From NCBI GenBank assembly GCA_002633005.1, contig NMRA01000037.1, positions 248,001 through 312,000 on the forward strand: a stretch of 64,000 bases of DNA. The letters are read 5' to 3'. How positions within the stretch are numbered: position 1 is the first letter of the stretch; each line of letters starts with the position of its first letter. A program made the translations under genes and the position numbers. Below the pieces are notes generated by a model. The model saw nothing but the letters and a program-made list of their open reading frames with translations. It searched no databases and had not been told where the DNA came from. Below are positions 50,501-61,435 of the stretch, in pieces. Source of the DNA: Phoronis australis (taxonomy: Eukaryota > Animalia > Phoronida).

Positions 50501-53500
50501 TAGTTCCTGAAAATACTCATACAGCGAATGATATTTAGTGTATGGTCTGTGACTTGTCTATTTATATTTTCAGGTTTACAAACTGTGTTGTTTACTATGG
50601 CCTCACCCTGGGATCTGGCAGCTTGGGCAGCAATAGGTATATCGCTCTAGCGCTCTCTGGTTTGGTAGAGTTGCCGTCCAATTTTTGTGCATATTTCCTC
50701 TTAGACAGGTGAGAGACTTAACCTTTTCCGTACACATGTCTTAAGGTCCACACTCTTGCATGAGAAGCTGTAAACCGCCTTGAGCAAAAGCTAGGAGCAT
50801 CTTTGTAAAACAGCTTGTAGTTTTAGCATCACTTAAGTGTTGATGCTAACGTTTGTTCGGTTTCACTTAAGTCATCACTATGAAAATTCAAAGATGTACA
50901 GAAAACACCCAGTTAAGCCTTGCTCATTCAGAAGCGATAGCCACCTGCGCTTACGTGTAGAGCACAGGTTTATGAACCGTGCAAGACGTGTAAACGAAAA
51001 TCTTTCGTAAAAAATCCATTATTTGTGATGTAGTTGCTCTGGCCTAAAATGTGCTTATTCAGTCTTATTTAATTATGTTCATGCTCTACCCTTGATACTG
51101 TTCTTGTACTCATTCATGATCAAAAACGAAGCAGCATCTACTGTAAACTCTCACCGGAATAATTGCCAAAATTACCTTTTCTTTAAGATTGTTTTGAATG
51201 ACCACAGTTTTCCAAAGTATAGCTGTGGTGCAGAACTTGAGGGTTGTAAAACATTAAATTGTGGCTACCTATTATTTTTGAAATGTGGGAAAATAACATT
51301 TCACTTGTTCTCCATATTGTGTCCTAAATTGGTGAGGTTTTACTGCAGTTTGCTTACGTTTCGGATATGTGCGTTTTATTGACTTGCTTTGTGCTCTGGA
51401 AATGGTTCGATTTCCAATTTTGTAATTAATAAAAGAAAATAATGGAATACTGGAACTAAGGACTCCCATTTTGTGTAGCCAAGCTGAAGTCAGCGAGATA
51501 TAACTGAAGACTCCCATTTTTTGTAGCCAAGCTGAAGTCAGTGAGATATGAATGCCTCTTCACTAAATTCAAGTCTTTAATTTGACTAATTAAAATTGAT
51601 TTCTTTCTTTATTTATTTTATTAATATTTATTAGGTTTATTGATTCAGAAATGCAGTTTTTATGTTCTTCATGGCTTGTATTTATGATGCACAGTGCAAC
51701 TTCAGGAGAAGAGGGGGGCGGTGCGCTTCAACCCAATCATTCAGATTTTCCAAGAGACACCTACTTTGAAGCAATGGGTTTTATTTGCAGGTTAGGCAGA
51801 AAACCGTGTATATGTGGTGCTATGATGATAGGTGGCGTGAGTTGTATTGCTATAGCATTCCTTGATCCAGGTATGTTGACAGTCATTCATCCATGGTTTG
51901 ACTGTGTGTACGAACATGCATGTGTGCAGGTAGTCATTGGTGTTGATGGTAGACATGTTAAAGAGATACCAGCATAACATGTCATTCTCAGACAAATATG
52001 CTAATGTTCTGATGTTAATGGAGAGTTTGTTTTGGTGGTGGCACATAAAGAGAAGAGTTTGAACATGTTTATTCATGAGAAGTTATTATTTTAATCACTT
52101 CATGTCTTGTTTGATTAAATATAAGGAGAACGGTGTTTCTAAACGTGTGAAATAGTTTGTGTTAGAAATAGTGTACACAATCTGTTCTCATAGGTGTTGC
52201 TTTTAAGGTTGTGTAAGACCTCAGAAAATTGTCCAAACTTGGCCAACTTCAGAAAATCTCATCTCAGAGATGGATGATCGGATTCACACAAAACTTTCAG
52301 ATAATATGCTTTGTACACTGTTCTGCCAACTGACGTGAGGAATTGTATTTAAAATGTTTCACTGTTGTAGATGGGCTGTCAAAAATTGAACTGATATGCT
52401 TTTCATGAAAAAAATCAAAAGTTGCATAAGTGAAATATTCATTTAGAATACCATATTATTTGTTGAGATTTCAGTTTGAACAATTGCAAGCAGAATTTAG
52501 TCATGTTCGATGCATTTTTTTTTGCTGTCGAAGTACGTTCGTGTTTTGAAAAGCCAAAGACTTGCACTTGAAATGAAACAAACCACAAAAGTTTGCTTCA
52601 TCTCAACAAGAATGTGGGTATTCACTGGGTAGTGCTATTAAAGGAAGACTTTGAAAACTGTTCACCAGTGGGAGGGGGGAGGTGTTGTGAGATAAAGATC
52701 ACTTTCACGTCTGCCTGTATGGCAACATTTTTCAAGTAGAGCAGCTATTATAGTACCACTGCTTGGTGGATTTCAGAGTTCTCATTTTCTACAGTATCAT
52801 TTAAAGTACCATGTTGTGGTTAGTGTATTATCAGCATGCATTGTGATCGGAAAGAACAGAAATGCAAGTCGTATGACGCATGTCGGACAACGCGTTAGAT
52901 TCATCCATGAATCCTAATGGTTCACTGCATCTTTTTTCAGCTAACACAGGTGTGAAGACGGCGCTGGCTCTGAGTGGCAAGATGTTAATATCCAGCTCAT
53001 TCATGGCCATCTACATTCACTCGGCTGAACTGCATCCCACAGTTGTCAGGTACCAAATGCAATTTTAACTGCGGTAAAATTATCCAGTTTGAGACAGTCT
53101 CCAGATCTTGGGATACCAAAACTCTAGCAAAATTGAATTTAGTCTGACCGTAAGGTGGATGGAGCTAGCAGTTGTTTAAATGACCCATTGAGAAACCATG
53201 GCAACGGGAAGTGTATGCGGAAAAACCACTGAGGGCGCTGGTTGTCAAAAAGGAGTGTCTCAATCAGGGCAGTTGGCTTTGCAGTTTCAATTTGCACCAT
53301 GTTAAGAATTCACTAGAATAAATGTAACTAACCTTGATATGTATTAAACATGGAGAACAGCTTGGTAATTATTGTACAGGTGCTCAAGTTGTAAATTTTC
53401 TTTTAAGTATTCCGACCCTATGCTGTTAGCTACTGCAGCACTACAATATAATGTAAATAGCAATGGTAATGGTATAGGGGAGTATTCATAATTACATTTT

Positions 53501-55151
53501 AAGCACTGCTGGGTAACTGCATCACTGATCAGAGTTATACAACGCTCGTTATCTGATAATTGTATGCTGGTACACAGGTTGTATAACGCTGGTTATCTGA
53601 TAATTGTATGCTGGTACACAGTTTGTTTATACACCATTACATTCCAGGAACCTTGGTATGGGATTTATGTCTATGATGGCTCGAGTCGGAGGCATCCTGG
53701 CCCCAATGGTAATTACTCTGGTATGTGACTTATTTTATAAATAGAATTCTATAACATAAATAGATAGCATTATTTATAACGTTGTGATACAATAACGACA
53801 GCCTACCATCATCACGTGAAAGTTAAGATTTAACTTTCAGGGCTGCTGTTACAGATTCGTCCGTATTCTCCATACTTTTAGGATGTAAATATCAATGTCG
53901 TTCAAATGTTAAAGATTCTGAGAATTTATTTCTCTTCAAAAAATCCGATGAATGTTAAAAGTGTCTTCAAAACTGTCAGTTTTTCAAAGCTCCAGGTTGG
54001 CAAAGATTGAGGCAGAAAATAGCGGAAAATGTCGGATTTAGCCGTGAAGGCTTGATATGACCAATGAAATGTATCCTAAGTACCAGTGTATAATAATGCA
54101 ATTTGCATACGAAATTTTCCTTTTATGTTAGATCAATTGCATTTACTTAAAAAAGAGCAACCAATGAAAAACACGATTACTTGATTTTGCATTGTGGTAT
54201 ATCATGTGCTTTGGAAATCATTTTATAAGATGTGGAGAGCTAATTTTCGGAGACAAGTATACCGAGGAATTAGAAATCTTAAATGCCTTGGTAATCAGAT
54301 CGCACCTTTAGAAAATGGGAGAAGGAATTCACCACTTTTCGTCACGCTGACTTCAACACTGAGAACTGTGGCACCCGGAACATCGGCATTGATCAGAAAT
54401 TACCATGAGATATCAAGATTTTTTGTGGCTGTGGTTATGTGGGAAGTGATCGAGCATGCCGACAGCAAAATACAAAAACATCGATGTGATGATCTGACTT
54501 TTTACATAAGGGTTTTTTTAGTTAAAAAGATGATTTGAAATTGAAAACTGTTTTGTTGTGTATCAGTCCATCTTGCAATTGGAAATTGAACTTTCTGAAA
54601 ATGTTGGATGTCATGCACGTTTTCACTTGATACATATGGATTTTTAGTTTGGAGGTTACAGATAATGTGCTTAGTGTGTTGGCAACCCTGATATTCACTA
54701 CCTGGTCGATGTGGCATAGGTTTTCTGCCTGAGGGGTGCAAGCATTTGGGCAGTTGCTTGGAAACCTTACCACATAACCTCTCAATGGATGTTTGTGAAA
54801 TTCAGCAAAGAAGTTTCTATCAAAGTGTCACATCAAAAAAATAACAAGAGTGCATTCTTTAATTTCTAGAGTTCAAATCCCGTCTTTGCATGTGACGCAG
54901 GGTTTTTGTGTTTTCTGTTGATTTTTAATATTATTGCTTTTTGCTTGCATCTTTTACAGGACTCTCTTTACCCGTCGCTGTCTTTCATTGTGTTTGGGGC
55001 ACTAGGTGTCACCGGCAGTCTAGTGAACATGAGTCTTCCTGAAACACTGAACAAGCCTATGCCAGAAACAATCGAGGACCTGAGACCAAACGGCCAGTAT
55101 GTGCCAGAGAAGGTGTTGATGTTGAATAGTGATACTGATGCGGAACTTTAA
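47001..55151 (+). CDS. SLC22A15: Solute carrier family 22 organic cation transporter, SLC22A15-like, 8 exons, ~515 aa
   Basis: Exons: 47001-47309, 48404-48831, 49677-49898, 50574-50708, 51791-51870, 52941-53049, 53648-53720, 54960-55151 (1548 nt, in phase); MFS/SLC22 motifs GRMSDRLGR, LPESPRWL, AELHPTVVRN, LPET; short first loop and MDVDAAFRHVGEFG start resemble SLC22A15 (orthology inferred, not tested). Confidence 0.88.
48234..48305. repeat. 16 bp tandem repeat (tactaatgttagtgta) x about 4.5
   Basis: Read directly from the sequence. Confidence 0.85.
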
Positions 55152-56025
55152 CGAACTTACGCTAAGCGTGGGTAGGCTTCTTAATTTATGGGTATGACAA
55201 ACCACGTGTAACTTTTCAAGCCAATGGGTTCACCATGTACATTTCAGCATTTAGAAAATTTAAATTGACTTGGAATGTCATAGTAAGGTTGGTTTTGGAC
55301 AAAGGTATATTTAATATTTAGTGGTTTGGTATTTTTGGTCAGTACTGAATGATTGTTTATGTCTACATTTATATAAATACTTGGTATGGCTGGTAAGCTG
55401 GTGTACATGTTGGGCACCTGTGGAATGACAGCACATCTGTCATGTCTACGTGGCTCAAATGACGATTATTTATAGCTTGTTGCAAAATTGCCATTGCAAG
55501 GTTTTTGTTAGTTATTGGACTTGATTAAGCTATAATTTTACTGCTAAAAGGGACTGCAATTGCAATTTATGTAGTTGATATTTTGGGAGATATTGGTACT
55601 AGATCAATTAAATCTTTACACTAGAATAAAACTGTAACCTGTACTAACCCTCAAAAGTTTGGGGCAAGGTTACTAAATGGGAGAACTTAACATAGGCTTT
55701 GAGTAAAGCGAACCAACTGTTGTAGGAGATGGATGTCCATCTCCAACTGCTTGACTCGCTTTGTGACAATGAACTGAGGAAGTGTCGCATTGAGCTGATT
55801 TACATTCTTATGTCTCAGGGGAGATAGTAATTTGCATTAACAAATGACAGTCAGTGTGATACAAGTGGCAAACTAATGTTTAGTATTCATTTGTCATATA
55901 CCCCGAAATATAAGGTCATGACCTTATAGGCCAAATGATCAATTTTTTGAGAACACTTGAAAATGCTAATGAGCCAATATATAAGGCCCTCCCTTCCTCT
56001 GGTTAAATGTTTGTCGTTTTGTAGA

Positions 56026-56760
56026 TTACAAAGTCTTTGTTATCATGAAGCTAAAAAAACCTCCAATTCGAAGATGCTCCATCACACGTGATGCACAGTA
56101 CCGAAGGTCGGCCGATGACCTTATCTGGCCACCCTTTTTGACGTCAGTCATCAATCTGTCAGCTACTTTATGGTTGTCACCATATCGTGAGTGCAGGATC
56201 TCACGGGCCAGTTCGAAACCTTCTTCACCGCCGACCAATGCGCATTTCTGAATGCTTTCTTTGGCCGCTCCGGTGGTATACTGGAGGAGTCTTGTTAATT
56301 TAGCATCACCGCCCTTCACGACAGTTCCAACGTTTTGATCAAAAATGGCTGCGAAAGTGTGATACTTGGCCGGATTACCATCAAATTTGTCTAGTGTGAC
56401 CTTGGGTAAATTTACAAGACCCGTTACCTCTTCTTTGGTTAAACTCTCATGTTTCTCTATGGGAGTTTCAGTTACTGAGTTAAACTTATCTAAATACTCA
56501 TTAACTCTAGTTAAAATATCTATGTACTTGGATTCTTCATCCATAAAATACTCTTCACATTCTTCTAAAAGCTCATCATCGCTTTCTATAAAAGCCCTAT
56601 ACTTTAAATTGCTGACATCAAATTCATGAAGCAAAAAATTCAACTTATCTTTGTCTTCTTCTGTGACAGCTTCTTTTCTTGCAACTAATTGTTTCATGTG
56701 TCCACATTGTCTCGTGAATAGTCTCTTGGCATTTGAACGAGCTTTTCTTGCAGCTTCCAT
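56026..56760 (-). mobile_element. BEL/Pao LTR-retrotransposon gag-like fragment (DUF1759-type)
   Basis: 244 aa intronless ORF: LPKVTLDKFDGNPAKYHTFAAIF...KLTRLLQYTTGAAKESIQKC...AREILHSRYGD, characteristic of BEL/Pao gag; no pol visible. Confidence 0.85.
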
Positions 56761-57092
56761 TTTTATTTAGGTTCACTGAACTCAAATCAAAATACAGTTA
56801 TATAACGTATTGGTATTACTGTCCTAATACCAGCCGTTTCCAATCACTGTCCCCTTAGTCTGAAGGGATGGTTTGACCTCTGTCCACTGTAGTGCACACT
56901 GTTGTGAATCACCCCACACAAGCAGGATGTAGAAACAGGTAGGCCTTGTTTTCTTCGTCACGAATCTTCTTCTTAGACTTCTTCTTACTTCCGTCAATTT
57001 TGGTATCCCCCGTCCTCGCGGGAAGGTTTCTATTTACTGTAATTTTCTGCGTTGGACAGACAAAATCAAAGTCCGAGTTTGACGGGATGATT

Positions 57093-58310
57093 TTATTTAC
57101 TAATTCCACTTTTAAGTGTGAGGAGCTCCAGTTTTTCTACACCTTCCCATATAATAGGGAATAGGAAATCAGCAGTAATGCCTTTGTAATGAAATTGGGC
57201 CACTGCAAATTTGAACTTACAAGTCAATGACCAGACCAACAGCATCAGCATTATGTACTTTGCGAGTTTAACTTCATCATGACTTGTGTCCCCCTTCAAC
57301 CTCTTCTCAAAGTCGCTCATCTCATTTGCTGTTTCCCATATCTACAAATCCAACTACCTCTCCCGTGCTCTTGCTGAACACCAAGTTAGATTTATTTTTC
57401 TCCTCACCCTGCAGGAGAGTGCAGTACTTTTGAATAGAGTTTAATTTCAGTTTGTCCATTTCACATAACATTTGCTTAAAAACCTCAGGTTGAAAACCAC
57501 TCTTGACAGTGAAAACATTTGTATAATCTTGTAGAGTTTGTTGTGAGAGTAGCTTGATGAAGACACAAGTGTGTAAGTGTTGATATGCTGCTGATGATTT
57601 CATTTTGATGGACAATGCCCATCGCTCAATCATCGGGTGCCATCTCACGGACCTCCCATCTTTTGCCTCAAATGCTTTTTTTCTGCTCCCAAAATAGCGA
57701 CACAAAGGAATCCTTCTCAAATGGAGAGATTTTGACCTTGTCGCAGATAGCCTCCTTCATATAAGTACTCAATTCATCATCAATTGTCAAACCATGCGTG
57801 CCGATATGGTCGCCCATTTGTTTTCGTAGGCGGCTAATTTGTACCTGCTGACCATGCACTTGATGGGTTCTAACTTCCAGGCGTTTCTTCATTTGGTCCT
57901 CGTCTAGATGCGAGACAGTAGTATGAGATGAGGGTAAGGTAGAGTCGTCGCAACCTTTCAAATGTGCGAAGTGTGTTACGATACTTCTTTACAACGACCA
58001 TTTTCCTTTTCAATAAGAAGGGAACACTGGCTTGCATGAATTGTGCTATAATACTCTCCCCCATTGGACCTTCTACCAGCCTTCACTCCATTGCCGTTAC
58101 AGTGATGAGAAACAGCCCTAGAGAGCTGCGAGAAGGATTGACGCTTCAGGAGAACGGTTGCAATAATGGCCTAAAATAGACTTACGAGGGCAAATGTAAG
58201 CTAGAACCTGGATTTCAGAAGAATTGTCAAAAGAACAAACACGAGGTGACACTGAAATACTGGTAATTTGGTAGCACGCATTATAGTGATGAGAAAGCAA
58301 TGAATATTCT
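57093..58310 (-). pseudogene. Decayed P-element/THAP9-type DNA transposase
   Basis: Frameshifted pieces: LFWEQ / RWHPMIERWALSIKMKSSAAYQHL...LQDYT..GFQPEV..CTLLQGEEKNKSNLVF..GFVDMG / LAKYIML...FKFAVAQF...LFPIIWEGVEKLE; the expected first catalytic 'FDEM' motif is degraded. Confidence 0.75.
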
Positions 58311-58311
58311 C

Positions 58312-59614
58312 GCAGTAATGTTCGAGATTTCAATTAAAGGAATATTTTGCAAGCTTGGTGTTGATCTACTTGGCGGTGAAAATATTTGGTAAAATAGGAG
58401 TCAGAGGGATTTTGGGCCCTAAGATCTTCTTTGCACTCTTAATTTTTTAATATTGCTTCTGGCAAAAGGCAACAGGGTAAACAGTTTGGTTTGTGGTTTA
58501 TTTAATACCTAAAATTGTTTCCTGGGAGACATGTTTCCGCCTTATAAAAATATGACACTATACCCCAGGATATCCTGCAGTTCACAAATGAACGCTTCTC
58601 CAAATTTAACATGTCNNNNNNNNNNNNNNNNNNNNNNNNNNNNNNNNNNNNNNNNNNNNNNNNNNNNNNNNNNNNNNNNNNNNNNNNNNNNNNNNNNNNC
58701 TCCTAGTTTGCTTCTTTACGTGTTGGAAGGTACTAGTAACCTCAGACGTTACATCATCAGCGTTGTGAGCAAGTGTGTCTACGTGCCATTGGTTCAGTAA
58801 CCATAGTAAAAATTCATGGGCATCCTGTTGACTTTCGTTGCCAAGAGAGTTGTTCTGTAATCTTAGTTTATTCAAAATTTCAGACGGAGTTGATGTATAC
58901 CTTGTAGTTGCTTCATATGTGTTCACAAGGATGGTTTTCATATTGTTTTTCTTGTTGATATTGTATTTGTGCCAGTTGAGGTTGCATGAAAAGATAGCTT
59001 GAAGTGTAGAATTCACAAAACACGTGTTTCCAACATTGCAAAGACCAAATCTTTTATCTTTTGTTGATTTTTCGTTTGTCTTCTTTGATATCGGGGATGA
59101 CGAAGTAGCTAATTGTGTTTCAATCTCGGGCTTAGAAATGTTGCAGAGTTGCCATTCTGTAAATTGCTTGTTATTTCTTGATAAATATATCGTATAGCTA
59201 CATCTAAGAGCTGTCTGAGATGCCGTTTGGTATGTTTGTTTTTTGATTTCTTTGGGGACCTCGAGGAAATTCATTAGCTTCTTTAATGATTTGTAGATGA
59301 AACCTCTACTGCAGTAATGTTCGAGATTTCAATTAAAGGAATAGGTTGCAAGCTTGGTGTTGATCTGCTTGGCGGTGAAAATATTTGGTAAAATAGGAGT
59401 CAGAGGGATTTTGGGCCCTAAGATCATCGTTGCACTCTTAATTTTTTAATATTGCTTCTGGCAAAAGGCAACAGGGTAAACAGTTTGGTTTGTGGTTTAT
59501 TTAATACCTAAAATTGTTTCCTGGGAGACATGTTTCCGCCTTATAAAAATATGACACTATACCCCAGGATATCCTGCAGTTCACAAATGAACGCTTCTCC
59601 AAATTTAACATGTC
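58312..59614. repeat. 304 bp direct repeats (58312-58615 / 59311-59614) around an 84-N gap (58616-58699)
   Basis: Near-identical copies starting GCAGTAATGTTCGAGATTTC, with different left flanks. Confidence 0.85.
58700..59274 (-). CDS. Intronless ubiquitin-specific protease (peptidase C19) N-terminal fragment, probably mobile-element-borne; truncated by gap
   Basis: Cys box GLCNVGNTCFVNSTLQAI and QQDAHEFL box in one open frame. Confidence 0.7.
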
Positions 59615-61146
59615 ATGTGTCGGAAAACAGGAAAAATTACATTAATTTATCACCAGTACTTCAGAAACATTCAGAAAATATATTTCATGGGGCATAAAAA
59701 TGTTTCAAGACATCTATTTTTGACATTAAAAATGACGTATTTCTACAGCCGAGCCTTTTGTTTTGGTCTGCCATTTTGGATTTACGGAAGAGCACCGACA
59801 AGATTTCTGGTTGTAAACTCATTACTGTTTGCTTGCTATTGTTTTTGTGTTGATGAGTTTACAACCAGATTATCTAATTAAAATGTGTTTTCAAGAACAT
59901 GACATACACTTAAAATTGAATCTTCTATTCCAAAGGAAATGACTTTAGACAAGAAAACATTAGTTCTGAATTGACTCTGTATTTTTTCATTTTTTTCTGG
60001 CCATGGCAAAACATTTTCTGTTTCACCCAAAAATAATTTAAAGCCACACACCATTCTCCTTTCTCGATTTCTCTTGACTAGTTGATTACATGTGTAATAA
60101 TCATTAGAATAAAACAGTTTTACCAAAGAAAATTCAGTTTTGGATCAGTTTCTGCCCTTTAGCTAAGTATTTAGAGCAATTTTGATTGTATAAACTGGGT
60201 TATCGACCGGCACTTGTGTATACATACAAAAGTACTCAAACAGCTTCATTCCCATCTCATAAAACATGTACAAAAAGGAATTTTATTATTGAATTGTCAG
60301 AAACGTACTGCCATAAGTCCTGTTATTCATTCATGATTCATAGGATACCAAACGATTTGTGTCGTTACTGGTGTGGTAGTAAGGCCTATCTGGCCGACTA
60401 CTGGCTTGTACACCTGGAGCTCCCCTCTGAGTTTATTTATTTATTTATTATTTACTAATGTAATATTTACAGTGAGGGTGGCCCCATCAGTTTTCACTGC
60501 TTTCCATGGGGGCAAAAACCGCTTTTGAATTCTGGCTAAATGTCTTCAATCTCACGTTTACATCTGGCTATTTACCAGAATTATGCATATCCGACATTGT
60601 TTCAACAAATTTAGGTGTTAGGCGTCTTAACGTCAAGTTAATCTCAAAATCTATCATTCCATCTCATTGCGGAATTGTTCTGTTATCGTGGTGTTTGAAA
60701 GTTTTGGCAGACTTATAGAATTATTCCAAGGTGTGGCCAGTTTATTTTGAAAGTAACACTATTGTTTTCTTGACATTAATCTCACCAATTTTGGACAAAA
60801 ATAGTTATCCCGGTGATCTTTTTTCCTTTATCAAAGGCTTCTAACGTTGTAAGTGAATAAATGTTCACTGCTTCTGGAACGTTCGTCTGGTAGTAGTTGT
60901 AGGATTGACCTGAAAGCAATAAAGCGTTTATTTTTTTTTTGGTGCTAAGTGTCCTGTGCAAAAAAATTGAAGAAATTTTCTTGTCCGCCGTATTGGGTCC
61001 TAAAGTAGGTGAGATTGTATCGTTTTATTGTCATTGCAAAAGCGTTTTTGTTCACACAATGTATTGGCATGAGTTGCTGTGATCTGTTAACAAAATTTAC
61101 AAATTGTTTACTGGCAGTCAGGCTATACATTATTTATACAATGATG

Positions 61147-61435
61147 TACGGTAAAAATTCTCCAATTTGGGACAGTGAAAAATTTTTTTCCTCAAGGTCG
61201 GAGCTTGTCCCAAATTCTAGAAATAGAATATTATCTGTCCCAAATTCAAAAATAACCGAAACTACCACAAAACTACCCCTTCTGTGGATTGAAAACACAT
61301 TGTTCGAAATTTGAGAAATGTGGTGAATGCCAAAGTCACCCTTGTCCCAAATTCAAGAATCGAGAAAATTCAATTTTTGAGAGAGTTTCCGTGTCCCAAA
61401 TTCTACAGCTTGTGAATTGGAGAATTTTTATTGTA
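61147..61435. mobile_element. TA-flanked MITE (TACGGTAAAAATTCTCCAA family); partial copy at ~62880-62984
   Basis: TACGGTAAAAATTCTCCAATT ... AATTGGAGAATTTTTATTGTA; internal tgtcccaaattc repeats. Confidence 0.8.
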
